64,000 nt of DNA from a virus, in the IMG/VR virus record IMGVR_UViG_3300046501_000233, positions 1 through 64,000 of that record. One strand, 5' to 3'. Below are positions 45,772-56,207 of the stretch, one piece after another. Position 1 is the stretch's first letter. Each line of letters starts with the position of its first letter. Both the position numbers and the translations under genes were made by a program. Under the pieces are notes generated by a model. That model saw only the letters and a list, made by a program, of their open reading frames with translations. It made no database searches and had not been told where the DNA came from.

Positions 45772-46385
45772 TCCGGTGCTGGCCTTAGATCCGGGAGAGC
45801 TTCTTCAATCTCACCCTTCGTCGTGATCTCGCCGCTCTGGATGCGTCCCTGCACTTCCTCTTCCAAATCGAAAAGGTTCTGCACATATGCCACGATCTCC
45901 TGAGAGATCGCGACGAACAGCGGGCGGGTCAGCGACAACCAGCCGCCATTCGCCTTGAAGCGGATGGGCTCCTGGGCGATGCCAAGATCGATTGACTGGA
46001 TCGCCTGCGCGATAATCGCGCGGGTGTCTCGATCCGTATCCAGCGCGCCGAAGTTCGGGGAGACCATGCCACCAACCTCTCTGTCATAACGAACCGATGC
46101 AAGGTGAGCCATGAGCTGCTCCTTTGTAGGAGCTTCCGGCGACGCGACTTCGAGGATCTGAACGACCGTCCCTTCGACCCGCTCGTAGCGAGATCCGGTG
46201 ACAACCATTTCAGGATTGAGAGGGCGCTGGGCAGGCTCGACACGATAGACGCCGACACCCGCCAACTCCTGATCACTCCATAGTTCAGTGATCTGCCAGG
46301 CATGTGTTACATCCTGGGCTCGGATCGATGATCCGTAAGGCACATCGATAAACGTGCCGTCTTCAAGCTCTTGTGCGATGAGCAT
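45768..46385 (-). CDS. DUF4376-like tail fibre assembly protein
   Basis: RYDREVGG...TDRDTR...FKANGGW...YVQNLFDLE. Confidence 0.6.
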   Translation of the reverse strand: MLIAQELEDGTFIDVPYGSSIRAQDVTHAWQITELWSDQELAGVGVYRVEPAQRPLNPEMVVTGSRYERVEGTVVQILEVASPEAPTKEQLMAHLASVRYDREVGGMVSPNFGALDTDRDTRAIIAQAIQSIDLGIAQEPIRFKANGGWLSLTRPLFVAISQEIVAYVQNLFDLEEEVQGRIQSGEITTKGEIEEALPDLRPAPE

Positions 46386-46388
46386 TTA

Positions 46389-47342
46389 TTATCCCCATGA
46401 GGTGTAACAGGCACCATTGCCGCCCCAGCCGCCACCAGTCCGAGAAAGACCGGCGTTGTCGTATGGGTCTCCGCCCGGTCCACCGCCTTGCCCGACGTTG
46501 ATGATAAGGCGGGTGCCCGGCGTCAGAATGCCACGAGCAACGCTGCGATACGCGCGACCGCCGTAACCACCAGGTCCCGAGTAGACATCGTTCTCCCACG
46601 CATAAGTGTACCCGCCAGCGCCGCCGCCAGCGCCGCCAGCGTAGACGTTGCCGTCACCGCCTTGAGCATTGCCGTGACCGCCACCGCCGCCGTTGTAGAA
46701 TGATCCGATGCCGCCGGAGATGCCGTAGTACGAGGCACCACCACCGCCGCCAGCCCATCCGATGACGTTGACCTTGCCGCCGCCGGTTTCCTCGTCATAA
46801 ATCTGCGAGTAGCCACCAGCGCCGCCGGGGTTGGCGTTAATCCAGCCGGGCGGAACACTAGAGTTGTATCCCAACGGGGAGCCACCACCTCCGCCAGCTC
46901 CGTACACATCGAAGTTGAACACGCTGTGGTACGGGATCGTGAGAGCGTACTGCCCCGGAGACCCCCATGAGGCGGACCCGCCTGAAACGGCGACAGTCAC
47001 GACGTACCAAATCGCGTTGGCCTTTCCGACCGTCACCGACATGGATGCCGTGGCGCTGAAGGTGTTCGAAGAGGTCTGGCGTAACTGAATACACTGACCC
47101 TTCTTGATGCTTCCGAAGGTCGACCAATCCTGAATGACTTGCGTCTGGGTGGCGTCCAAGACTCTGAACTGGCCGGTGTTGACCGTCACCGGAACAGGAA
47201 CACTGATGCCGGTGATCTGCACGATGTTCGAGGACTGGAGACTGTTCGGGGCCACGCCATTGAGCTGCGTGAACGCGAACGGGTTCGGCATCATATCGAT
47301 GTCGGCGCCGCCGATGCGCGCCTTCAGGAATGGCAACATCAT
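46389..47342 (-). CDS. Glycine-rich tail fibre / receptor-binding-associated protein
   Basis: YGAGGGGG...GGYGG...INVGQGG...GGNG glycine-rich domain in the tail module. Confidence 0.65.
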   Translation of the reverse strand: MMLPFLKARIGGADIDMMPNPFAFTQLNGVAPNSLQSSNIVQITGISVPVPVTVNTGQFRVLDATQTQVIQDWSTFGSIKKGQCIQLRQTSSNTFSATASMSVTVGKANAIWYVVTVAVSGGSASWGSPGQYALTIPYHSVFNFDVYGAGGGGGSPLGYNSSVPPGWINANPGGAGGYSQIYDEETGGGKVNVIGWAGGGGGASYYGISGGIGSFYNGGGGGHGNAQGGDGNVYAGGAGGGAGGYTYAWENDVYSGPGGYGGRAYRSVARGILTPGTRLIINVGQGGGPGGDPYDNAGLSRTGGGWGGNGACYTSWG

Positions 47343-48508
47343 TACGGTGTCACCTTCCATCCGGCAGCGATGACGTCACCGTTCCAGGCGCCAGCGCTAG
47401 TTACGATGACAGCGTAGCCATTGGCGGCAGTTGCCACCTCGGGAGCAGATCCACTTGGCCATTTGAACTTGGTATTCCAGCTCACCGTGCGACCGCCCGT
47501 GGCATCCTGAAGGAAGGCCAACTCAAACGGCGCTCCGTCCTTGAGGTTGGAGACGTCGATGGTGACGTTGCCAACAAGCGTGGCGCGGAAGCGAGCGCCG
47601 GTATTGGCGTCGATGGTCACAGCGCCCGTGATATTGCCAAGCGGCACCCACTTCGCTGCTTCCCACGCCTGATCGTTCGTGACGATTGCGGTGTTGGCCT
47701 TCGAGCGAAGCTCGGCAGCAGTCGCGGCGTTTCGCGTCGCGGTATTGCCAAGCTCAAGCGACGTACGGGCAACCGACTTGTCAGTCAGGCTGGCCAGATT
47801 GTCGGACTTGCCGAGGTAGTTCTCCGGATCCCAGACTTCCGCGCGATCGGCTGCCGCGATGGCAGCGTTTCGAGCAGCGATCGACGTTGAAGCGTCGGCT
47901 CCCGTCTGCACTCGGTCAGCAGCAGTCTTGACCGCATCCGCAGCAGCGCTCGTGCGCGATGCGAAAGCATTGACGCGGGCGGCTTCGATCTGGGTCAAGT
48001 AGGCCTGAGCAGCCAGATTGGATCCTGCGGTTGCTCCGATCCACCAATCGTTGAAGGGACCGGGATTGCCGTAGATCGACAGGATCGTGACCATCAGGGT
48101 TCCGGTCGACTTCTCGTAGGAAATCAGCCGGCCGATGGCGTAATCGGTGGCGTTCGCCTCGCGCGTGATGGCGACGAAGGGCGTCGGGGTAAAGAGGTCT
48201 CGCTTGACCTCGTCATTAATGATGAACGTGACGCTCTGGTCATTGACCAGCGTGCGTTCACTGTTCGACTCCGCAGTCAGGAAGCCCATCGCGGACAACT
48301 GCTGAATGCGCTGATACGCAGGCAGGATGGCGTCATTCAGACGCGCGAGCCCAACCAGACGAAGATCGTTGACCGCCGCCTCCCACGAAGGGGTGAAAGG
48401 CTCAAGGCTGCGGAGGCGAGTATCAATCACCTCCATAGCTTTGTTCAGACGCTCGGCGTCAAAATCTTCCGTATCCTTGAACGTAAGCTCAGGGTAGCTG
48501 CTTGACAT
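47342..48508 (-). CDS. Tail fibre-like protein
   Basis: DNLASLTDKSVARTSLELG and QDATGGRTVSW...WPSG..P fibre motifs. Confidence 0.65.
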   Translation of the reverse strand: MSSSYPELTFKDTEDFDAERLNKAMEVIDTRLRSLEPFTPSWEAAVNDLRLVGLARLNDAILPAYQRIQQLSAMGFLTAESNSERTLVNDQSVTFIINDEVKRDLFTPTPFVAITREANATDYAIGRLISYEKSTGTLMVTILSIYGNPGPFNDWWIGATAGSNLAAQAYLTQIEAARVNAFASRTSAAADAVKTAADRVQTGADASTSIAARNAAIAAADRAEVWDPENYLGKSDNLASLTDKSVARTSLELGNTATRNAATAAELRSKANTAIVTNDQAWEAAKWVPLGNITGAVTIDANTGARFRATLVGNVTIDVSNLKDGAPFELAFLQDATGGRTVSWNTKFKWPSGSAPEVATAANGYAVIVTSAGAWNGDVIAAGWKVTP

Positions 48509-48674
48509 CTGCAACCACTCCCGCTGCATTCATCGCATCGAGCGTCACCTGGTCGACCACATGGTGGTTGCCAGGCAGATACCAAAACTGGTGCAGCTCG
48601 AAGCGACCATTCAGCGTGACGTCGTAGCGGACGTCATCACCCGCCGGAGCGGGTTCAGACTTTTTGGCGGCCAT
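48489..48674 (-). CDS. Small virion-module protein
   Basis: AAGGA RBS; fills gap in the operon. Confidence 0.55.
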   Translation of the reverse strand: MAAKKSEPAPAGDDVRYDVTLNGRFELHQFWYLPGNHHVVDQVTLDAMNAAGVVADVKQLP

Positions 48675-48707
48675 TGGATTGTCCTTGTGAGAGGAGGAGC
48701 TACGCGC

Positions 48708-50969
48708 TTAGAGCGCGTAGTCCTTCTGGAATGCGACGTGGAACAGCTTCTGGTTCGAAGTCGTGTCGATCTTCGTCATGACCCGATACTGGGTGACGGA
48801 GGCGCCGAGGTTGAACACGTAGGTTCGCTCGGTGGAGCCATCGACAGGATCGATGACCGTGGTGGCGCTCGACGGATTAACCTGAGTGGCGAAGCCAGCA
48901 CCCGTCATCAGCTTGACTGCCGCGGTGTGGTAAGCCGGCTCCATGAACTCGTAACGCTCGATCACTCGGATCTGCGTCGAGGCCACTGGCAGCGTGCGGG
49001 TCTGCGTGATGTGCGTCGCGGTGATATCCGGACGCGACACGAGCACCGAGCTGTCGAGCAGGTTGATTGCCGCCTGACAGTCGACCGAACCGTTGAACAC
49101 TGCGCGGAGCGGCAGCAACGGAGGAACCGAACCACCCTGGCCAAGCAGGTACTTCTCGGGCTCCTGCAGATTGTACCAGATGCCGCCGACCTGGATCTCG
49201 TAAGAGAGGGTCGCGCCGGCCGGGACGATCGTGCCGGCGATGAGGTCGATGCCGAGGATGCCGCCGGACAGCTGCAGCGGAGCGAGCGTGACGACCTGTC
49301 GAGCCTGCTTGAACTTGCAGCGGTAGAGACGCATCCACAGATCGCGGAATGCATCGCCCTGCGCATATGCACCGTCCAGCACGTAGAAGAACGTGCCCTG
49401 GGTGAACTGCTGGCCTGGGACCGTACCAACCCAGTGGTCGGCGGCGGTGGTCAGCACGAGTGCGTAACGCTTGCCGCCCTGCAGATAAGTCGGCTGCAGC
49501 GGGACCGTGGTCTCGGTGTTCAGCTTCATGTCTGCGCGGAGCAGCGTGGTCTCGGCGATGACCTTCTTCAGGTCAGGCAGGCCGAAATCGGAGACCTCGA
49601 CGATAGCGACGTGGATCGAACCTTCGGCAGCGAGCCGCGTGATCCAGATGCCGACCGCGTCGAGCCACATGTTCTGGCCCTGGAGCCAGGTCTCGGCGAT
49701 CTGGGCGCCCGTCACCGTCTTGGTGATGGTCACCTTGTCCCAATAGGGTTCGTCGTAGGTGTCGATCCAGATCTGCCGCAGACGGATCCAGTTGTGGCCT
49801 GGATAGTCGATCATGGTGATCGACTCGACCTCGTAAGTTTCGCCGTCGCGATAGAAGCGCGAGCCGCCGTCGTAGGCGCCCGTCTGCCACCAGAGGCTGT
49901 TCGAACAGACCGTAAATTCGGCGCCGTAGCGGATGCGCTGACGTGCAACGGTCCGCTGCACCATGTCGAAAGACGACTGCGAGTAAGCCGCGATCTGGGT
50001 TTCGGCAACGATGCCGCCCGACAGCAGCCAGGCTTCGCGGTCATAAGCCGGAAGCAGCATGCCGTTCTTGATGTTGGCGGCGGGATCGAGCGGGTTGAAG
50101 ATCTGCAGAGCGGACGAGCCCTCCGCAGCGTTCGGCATACGAATGCCCTCTTCCACCTTCACATGCGACAACGGATCGTCGAGCTTCGACTTGACGTGAT
50201 CGAGGAAGAAGTTGGCGCTGGAGTCGACTGCGGTTGAGAGAACACCGTTCTTCGCTTCCAGAACCGCGAGGCGCTGGAGCGTACGGCCGAGCGAAGCCTG
50301 GTCGGCCTGGCCCTGGTTGCCCTGAGCCTTGATGCCGGCGATGTCGGATGCGAGCGTCTTGATCTGGAAGCCGGCCGAGACCTCAAACTCTTCCAAATCG
50401 ACGATGCGATCTTCGTGACCTTGCACGCTGGGGAGCTTATTGCTCTCGACCATCGTGATGGTGTCGACACCAGTGGGGCTCAGCGTCACCAGTGCGATGA
50501 TCGTGTAGCCTACGTCGACCAGCGGTGCGGTCGGATCCGGCGCTTCCGTGCCGATCATGACGTTCAGGTTGGCGATGCGCGAATGCACCATCGGCACAGC
50601 CTGCGGCTCGGCCTGACGGGTCTCAGCGTTGATCAGGAACTGGCGCGGACGAATATCGACGTCAGCTTCCGTGCCCCAGGTGACGATCGCCGCAATCTTC
50701 TTGCCGGCAACCGGCAGCTGCGTGATGAAGTCCTTGGACCAGCTGGTCGTGCCCGAGCTGTAAACCTTACCCGCCGAATAGAGCCGGCCAGTAGCGACCG
50801 AGATCTGCGTGACCGCAGACTTGGTTACGCCGAAGCCGGTGTATTTGGCGCGGTCCGTGATGCCGTCGAGAACGACGTGATCCAGAGCCGCCTCGGCGAA
50901 ATCCTGCAACGACGTGAAGTCGGTCGGATCATCGTCGATGTTCGGGTGAAAGATAATCTTATTTTCCAC
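48708..50969 (-). CDS. Large baseplate / tail fibre-associated protein
   Basis: 753 aa, beta-rich, in the gpH position after gpI. Confidence 0.65.
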   Translation of the reverse strand: MENKIIFHPNIDDDPTDFTSLQDFAEAALDHVVLDGITDRAKYTGFGVTKSAVTQISVATGRLYSAGKVYSSGTTSWSKDFITQLPVAGKKIAAIVTWGTEADVDIRPRQFLINAETRQAEPQAVPMVHSRIANLNVMIGTEAPDPTAPLVDVGYTIIALVTLSPTGVDTITMVESNKLPSVQGHEDRIVDLEEFEVSAGFQIKTLASDIAGIKAQGNQGQADQASLGRTLQRLAVLEAKNGVLSTAVDSSANFFLDHVKSKLDDPLSHVKVEEGIRMPNAAEGSSALQIFNPLDPAANIKNGMLLPAYDREAWLLSGGIVAETQIAAYSQSSFDMVQRTVARQRIRYGAEFTVCSNSLWWQTGAYDGGSRFYRDGETYEVESITMIDYPGHNWIRLRQIWIDTYDEPYWDKVTITKTVTGAQIAETWLQGQNMWLDAVGIWITRLAAEGSIHVAIVEVSDFGLPDLKKVIAETTLLRADMKLNTETTVPLQPTYLQGGKRYALVLTTAADHWVGTVPGQQFTQGTFFYVLDGAYAQGDAFRDLWMRLYRCKFKQARQVVTLAPLQLSGGILGIDLIAGTIVPAGATLSYEIQVGGIWYNLQEPEKYLLGQGGSVPPLLPLRAVFNGSVDCQAAINLLDSSVLVSRPDITATHITQTRTLPVASTQIRVIERYEFMEPAYHTAAVKLMTGAGFATQVNPSSATTVIDPVDGSTERTYVFNLGASVTQYRVMTKIDTTSNQKLFHVAFQKDYAL

Positions 50970-50987
50970 AGTGGTCTCCTGCGCCGC

Positions 50988-52220
50988 TTACGCGACTGGT
51001 TTGATTTCACCGAGCTTGAAGGAGCCAAGCTTCCGCCTGTCCCCGAGGCGCACGACCCGGTGAGTGATGGTGTTGACGAGGACGGTGTCTCGAAGCGGCT
51101 TCGCGGCGACGATCGCGTCGCAGGCGTTCCAGAGCTTCGAATTGTCGGTGATCATCCGGAAACCGTTCCGGAAGCGCCCGCCAAATCCCCTTGATGGTGA
51201 TCGCTTGCTGAAGACTTCGACCTTCGCTTCGGCGGTGAAGGCTTGGATGCCGTAGCGCGAATGGCCGCGATACCACTTGGCCCGAAGACCAGCTGGCAGA
51301 TCAGCCTTGTCGTGAAGAGAGAGTCGGTCGTAAACGAACTGAGCAGCGACCGTTTCGGTGCGGAAGTGACCGTCACCGCGGAACGACTTTGCAAAGGAGC
51401 GAAAGTTCTCCGCCGGCCGCGGCGTGTGGCGCTCGTAGATCGGGACCGGCTTGACGTTCTGAGGTGTCAAACCAGGCGTGATAGAGACCAGCTCGGAGGC
51501 GGCCTGGCTAATGCGAACCGTGACGATGTGGTCGGCGGCGTCAGACAGTTCGTAGAAGCCGTGACCACGAAACCCGGTGGAGCGGAAGTCGCGGGTGACA
51601 ATCCCGGCGAAGTGAAGCCGATCGACCGTGAGGCCGCCCAGCTCAACCGTGGACTCCAATCGAACCGGGACTTCAACGCCCTGACGATAGAGTGTTGCTC
51701 GCCGCCCGTAGATGCTGGGGCCGATGCTCTTCTCGCGGAAGTTATCGTTCCGGAAGGTGTAGCGCGGCATGCGGAAGTCGCGGGGGCCGGCGGGATCACG
51801 GATCAGGAACGGGTAGACACGAAGCTGCGGGAGCTTCCCGAGCCATTCGAGGAATACCTCGTTCGTCATGGCGGGGATGCGATACCCCCGCGCAGGCGGA
51901 ACGATCAGCTCGCGAAGCTTGGCGTCGACCAGTTCGAGATATGTCGCGACACCAAGCTCGGTGCCCTTCATACGGTGATGATCGACCGCGTCGGCGACGA
52001 CACGGCGCTTCTTGTCCTCGCTCCAGTCAGGATCCCAGATGTCGACCGACATAGACCAGGCCAGGTAGGCCAGGTCGTCGATGTGACACTTCCAAGGGTT
52101 CCAGAGATTGCGCAGGCGTTCGGTGTCGAGCGCCAGCAGTCGTTCAACCTGCGATGCCAGCGTGCGCTCATAGAACGTCGCGTTCGGCGGCAGGATGCCT
52201 TCCAACAGCCGAGCGGCCAT
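50988..52220 (-). CDS. P2 gpI-like baseplate protein with long C-terminal extension
   Basis: LPPNAT..ER...LWNP..C....LAYLAW.MSVD.WD..W...KR......H..KGT. Confidence 0.88.
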   Translation of the reverse strand: MAARLLEGILPPNATFYERTLASQVERLLALDTERLRNLWNPWKCHIDDLAYLAWSMSVDIWDPDWSEDKKRRVVADAVDHHRMKGTELGVATYLELVDAKLRELIVPPARGYRIPAMTNEVFLEWLGKLPQLRVYPFLIRDPAGPRDFRMPRYTFRNDNFREKSIGPSIYGRRATLYRQGVEVPVRLESTVELGGLTVDRLHFAGIVTRDFRSTGFRGHGFYELSDAADHIVTVRISQAASELVSITPGLTPQNVKPVPIYERHTPRPAENFRSFAKSFRGDGHFRTETVAAQFVYDRLSLHDKADLPAGLRAKWYRGHSRYGIQAFTAEAKVEVFSKRSPSRGFGGRFRNGFRMITDNSKLWNACDAIVAAKPLRDTVLVNTITHRVVRLGDRRKLGSFKLGEIKPVA

Positions 52221-52223
52221 GGG

Positions 52224-53093
52224 TTACTCCTGACGAGTGTTTAAGACCTGCACGCTTGCGGAGTTGATCCAGACGACGGCGTTGGTGCCGACATCGATGT
52301 CGGTGAAGTCGATCTCGACATCCTGCACACCCTCTTGCGTGAGGGCGGCGAGCACTGCAGTGCGCTTCAGATCTCGACCGATGATCGAGACCCGCTGCCG
52401 CAGATTGGTCAGCGCTTTGTTAATGTCATTCAGAACGACCGAAGCGTCGGGGCCGGGGTAGAGCCTGATGTAGGCGTTCAGATCCGCAGGGATCTTGGTG
52501 ACGGGTACGACGGCGATTTCATCCGTCAGCGGCTTGATGCCTTTTTGCATCAGCTTGTCGTAGACGGCGTCCAGAAGCGTCGACGTGGGGACCGGTTCGT
52601 TGCCCTTCGCCATCACGGTGACGGTCACACGGCCTGTGCCGCGCTCCGCAACCACGGTAACGTCGTGGACATCCGCTGAGACGCTGAGGGCGTGATAGAT
52701 ATACGCGCCGTGCGATCCCGCGGTCGAGAAGGTCTCCATCGAGATCTGAATGCGACGACGGAAATGATCATCCAGCTCGTTGGTGAGCCGGAAGCACTGG
52801 AAGCGAGCGCCGATAACGTCGAGATCGGACCCGGTGGCGAAAGGCAGCATGACTGCCCGAGCCGCAGCGTTGATGCGCTGCCGGACGATCATCTCGCCGT
52901 AGGCCTCGGTTTCCAGAATGATGTTGGTGCCGGACTGCTCCAGCTTCAGCGCTGCGGCGAGTGCCGGGTTCTTCTCCAGAACCTCGGCCTTGTAGATCGC
53001 GAGCAGAGCTTCGTAAGTGATCTCCTCGATCACCTTCGGGGGAGGAAGGCGAGCGAAGTCGATATAAAGGCGGGGTGACTCGAAAGACGGCAT
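52224..53093 (-). CDS. Baseplate J protein
   Basis: IDFARLPPP, RQRINAAARAVML.FA.GSDLD, STAGSHGAY.YHA, PLTD. Confidence 0.93.
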   Translation of the reverse strand: MPSFESPRLYIDFARLPPPKVIEEITYEALLAIYKAEVLEKNPALAAALKLEQSGTNIILETEAYGEMIVRQRINAAARAVMLPFATGSDLDVIGARFQCFRLTNELDDHFRRRIQISMETFSTAGSHGAYIYHALSVSADVHDVTVVAERGTGRVTVTVMAKGNEPVPTSTLLDAVYDKLMQKGIKPLTDEIAVVPVTKIPADLNAYIRLYPGPDASVVLNDINKALTNLRQRVSIIGRDLKRTAVLAALTQEGVQDVEIDFTDIDVGTNAVVWINSASVQVLNTRQE

Positions 53094-53125
53094 GTTCCCT
53101 CTTGATGATCAGAGTGGACGCCGCA

Positions 53126-53479
53126 TCAGACGAGCGTTGTTCGGACCGATTTGATTGCGCTCTCAACGAGATCGACACCTTCAGTGGTGATGGTGATCGA
53201 GCCATCCGGGCCAAGGGAGTCGATCACTACGCGCCGGACTTTGAACTCCGGCTCGTATGTGTTGATCGCTGCGATGGCGGCCATGATGCCGTTCATCAGG
53301 ACTTCCTCGTTTCCGGGCTTGTCCTGCATGTCGAGAAAACTCGATCCCCACCAAAGGCGCATGATGCGCCAGCGCAATCGCGTGGTGAGGATGGTCCTGA
53401 TGCTCTGCTTGATGCGCGGCCAGCCCGAGATGTACTCCCCAGTGTCCCGGTCGATATCGACCAGGTACTCGGTAGCCAT
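53126..53479 (-). CDS. gpW/gp25-family baseplate wedge protein
   Basis: IKQSIRTILTT...RIMR..WGS...D.P...AI..YEP. Confidence 0.88.
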   Translation of the reverse strand: MATEYLVDIDRDTGEYISGWPRIKQSIRTILTTRLRWRIMRLWWGSSFLDMQDKPGNEEVLMNGIMAAIAAINTYEPEFKVRRVVIDSLGPDGSITITTEGVDLVESAIKSVRTTLV

Positions 53480-53491
53480 GGCGGCCTCGCT

Positions 53492-53731
53492 TTACTTCCG
53501 GCGCTTGGCCGGCTTGTCTTCGGAGTCGACTTCCAAGAGGTGGATGTCGAACGAGCTGGTTGCGACTTCGTCGGTTTCTGCCGGAGCAGTAGCCGGCGCG
53601 TCGGCGGGCTTCTTCGCCAGCGCGTGGCCGAGATACTTGGCTTCGGCGTCCGTCAGCTCGATCGGAGTTCCGACTGCGACCAGAAGGCCATGTCGCCAGA
53701 TCTCGGTCGTGGTGGTGTAGGTCTTCTTCAT
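53492..53731 (-). CDS. Small virion-module protein
   Basis: GTPIELTDAEAKYL; AAGGA RBS. Confidence 0.6.
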   Translation of the reverse strand: MKKTYTTTTEIWRHGLLVAVGTPIELTDAEAKYLGHALAKKPADAPATAPAETDEVATSSFDIHLLEVDSEDKPAKRRK

Positions 53732-53742
53732 TCTTCTTTTCC

Positions 53743-55140
53743 TTATGACGCCGGGATCGGAAGCCCGGTCTGGGCAGGTCCGGCCATGACATCCGTGTGC
53801 TTGTGGGTGGCGCCGACGTTCTTGCCGTCGTGGGCCATCTTGCCGCCGGTCTGCTTGAAGCCTTCGCCGTTGAAGAGCCATTCGACTCCCCCGGCTGAAA
53901 TCTTCAGCGAGCCCGCTTCCTGGATGAAGGTGCTGTTGTCGCCGACGTTCGTCGTGATGGCGTTGTCGCGAACGCTGATCATGGAGTCGCCCTTGGACGC
54001 CTTAATCGTGTCCTCGGACATCTCGACCTTCGATCCGTTCTTGGCGGCGATGGTGATGAGATCCTCGGTCAGCGACATCTTGGTGTCGCCCTTCGAAATC
54101 TTCGCCTCTTCCTTGTTGACGTGGAAGGCCATCTTCTCGTTGACGATAAAGATGTCGTTCTCGTCGACAGCGATCGATGTCTTCGACTTGCCGTGCGTGA
54201 GCAGCCAGCCTTTGTCGGTGGCGAGGATCTGCAGCGTCTTCTCGGCGCCCTCTTTCGGGACGTCGGGCATCTCGCGCTTTTCCTGGGTCTTCTGACCCTC
54301 CCCGAGGGACTCGCCCTTGGGGTTCTCTTCCGGCTTGCGGCCGATCACAGTGTGGTGCGAGTTATTGGTCTCGCGCGTCCACATGTTCTGCTTGTCGGTC
54401 TTCTCGTCGTTCTTGGCCTGCATCAGGCCCTGCATCTTGCCCTGCAAGAAGCCCATCATGTTTCCGGCAGCGCCCTTGATGGCCTGCTGGATGGCGGCTT
54501 TCGCGAGACTGATCGGATCGCCTGCTGGGCCGATGACCTGATTGGCGAGAGCCTGAACCGATTGGACGTCGGGGATCTGGATGCCGTTCGGCCCGAAATT
54601 CAGGATCGATGGATCGATGCCGGCTTCCTGGAGCTTCGAAAGCCCCATGCTGATCGGGTCTATCTGCGAGAAGCTGGCAAACGATCCTGTGCTGGCAGAC
54701 CCGAAAATGCTCGGGGCCGGCTGCGATTTCTTGCTGTTCTCTTCATGCTCGATCAGCGTGACGATCTCGTCAGGCTTGCCGCTGGGCGACGGATGTTCCG
54801 GGCCGTAGTGATGCGGCTCGACGGTCGCCAGCTCGGCCATGCCGCCAACGGAGCGCATCAAGGCGTACTGCCCCTTTTTCGGGGGCACCGATTTCTTGAT
54901 GGTGCCATGGGAGAAGCTCTTCCACGGCTGCCAATCGCTCTTGAAGGTGGTCTCATTCGAAGGCGTCAAGCCTCCGGATGCTTCTTCGCTGCTCGGCTTG
55001 TCGTCCTCGCCGTCGTTCATCTTGACGTACCAGCGGTTCTTTTCGAACTTGACGTCAACGATCTTGCCGAGGCGCTCCTTGTTCTCGAACTTGCGCTCAA
55101 GATCCTGGAGCCGGCGCTCGGTCGCGAGTAGCGTCTTCAT
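53743..55140 (-). CDS. gpV-like baseplate spike with large internal insertions
   Basis: N-terminal OB-like SDWQPW...PPKKGQ; beta-helix repeats; C-terminal THKH metal-binding tip. Confidence 0.75.
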   Translation of the reverse strand: MKTLLATERRLQDLERKFENKERLGKIVDVKFEKNRWYVKMNDGEDDKPSSEEASGGLTPSNETTFKSDWQPWKSFSHGTIKKSVPPKKGQYALMRSVGGMAELATVEPHHYGPEHPSPSGKPDEIVTLIEHEENSKKSQPAPSIFGSASTGSFASFSQIDPISMGLSKLQEAGIDPSILNFGPNGIQIPDVQSVQALANQVIGPAGDPISLAKAAIQQAIKGAAGNMMGFLQGKMQGLMQAKNDEKTDKQNMWTRETNNSHHTVIGRKPEENPKGESLGEGQKTQEKREMPDVPKEGAEKTLQILATDKGWLLTHGKSKTSIAVDENDIFIVNEKMAFHVNKEEAKISKGDTKMSLTEDLITIAAKNGSKVEMSEDTIKASKGDSMISVRDNAITTNVGDNSTFIQEAGSLKISAGGVEWLFNGEGFKQTGGKMAHDGKNVGATHKHTDVMAGPAQTGLPIPAS

Positions 55141-55149
55141 CGGAAGGCC

Positions 55150-55725
55150 TTAGTCTTCCGGCGAAACGTCCAGCTCATCGTGCAGGGTGTTGCCGGCCAT
55201 ATGGATGTTGCCGCGAGCCGTGACCGTGCCGGGCGTCTGGGTGACGTGGCGGTTCTCGAAGAAGACCTGATCTCGATCGTAGGCACGGTTGTTGCCGATC
55301 GTCAGACATGTCTCCCATTCGACAACGCCGATCGTCACGCCGTCGCGGCGCAGGTCGGTATCGCTGAGGCGGGTGAGGTTAACTTCTGTGGCGGGGCCGG
55401 CGTTGAGGTCGCCGAACTTGTTGAGGTTTGCGAAGACTGCGATCTGTTCGATCCAGTCCCAGACGCGCATATCGCCGTCGCGCTGACCGCGACCGTCCGT
55501 CTCGACAACCACACACACGACCCGGAGGTAGGTGTTCAGCTCACCGGTGGAGTGATGCTTGGTCGGAGATTTCATGACGGCAACGCGGGCTGCCGGCGTG
55601 CGGAGGATCCACTCGCCGACATCCTTTTCGTCGAAGATGCCGTCGTACCATTCGACGTCCATCTTGGGGATGAGCGTCCGGATCGCGTCGCAGACGCGCT
55701 CGCGATATTCCAGGATCTTGCCCAT
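55150..55725 (-). CDS. Tail completion / terminator-like protein
   Basis: Position after neck genes (Mu gp37-like); TPAARVAV. Confidence 0.55.
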   Translation of the reverse strand: MGKILEYRERVCDAIRTLIPKMDVEWYDGIFDEKDVGEWILRTPAARVAVMKSPTKHHSTGELNTYLRVVCVVVETDGRGQRDGDMRVWDWIEQIAVFANLNKFGDLNAGPATEVNLTRLSDTDLRRDGVTIGVVEWETCLTIGNNRAYDRDQVFFENRHVTQTPGTVTARGNIHMAGNTLHDELDVSPED

Positions 55726-56207
55726 TAGCCCTTACCTTGGTCGATGTAATCGCGCAGGATCTTGGCGATCCGCCGATTGTTCTCATCGGAGAAGCCGATG
55801 AACGGGCGCGGTGGGATGCCGGCCTTGGGCCGATACTTGCCGCGCATGTTCTTGACACCCTTCTGGTGCCACTCGGACTTCGGGTCCGTGCTCTCGATCG
55901 AGAAGCCGTTCTTGCTGAGCCCTTTGACCTTGATCCCCTTGTAGAGATCACCTTTGTCGTAGAGCGGCTTGTCGTGGCCTTTCAGCTGCACGGTGAGTGC
56001 GGCGAGGTTCGGCCATCGTTCGCCGTCCGGCCCGGTACGGGTGCGGAAGCGGTTCTGCGTCGAGCGCAGCATGTATTTTGATGCCTCGTCCCAAGCCGGC
56101 CGCATATTGCGTGACCGGTCGGTGATTTCTTCGAGGCGCTTCTTCAGCAGCGAGATCTTCTCGGCGCTGAAGCGGATCTTGACCGATCCGTTACGCTCGC
56201 GAGGCAT
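55725..56207 (-). CDS. Virion morphogenesis protein (Mu gpG / P2 gpS-like)
   Basis: RF....GPDG.RW..L...L...G.L...IPPRPFIGFS. Confidence 0.85.
   Translation of the reverse strand: MPRERNGSVKIRFSAEKISLLKKRLEEITDRSRNMRPAWDEASKYMLRSTQNRFRTRTGPDGERWPNLAALTVQLKGHDKPLYDKGDLYKGIKVKGLSKNGFSIESTDPKSEWHQKGVKNMRGKYRPKAGIPPRPFIGFSDENNRRIAKILRDYIDQGKG

Noticed and set aside
45346-50969. Diversity-generating retroelement or invertible tail-fibre cassette
   Set aside because: No reverse transcriptase, invertase, template/variable repeat pair or inverted repeats seen
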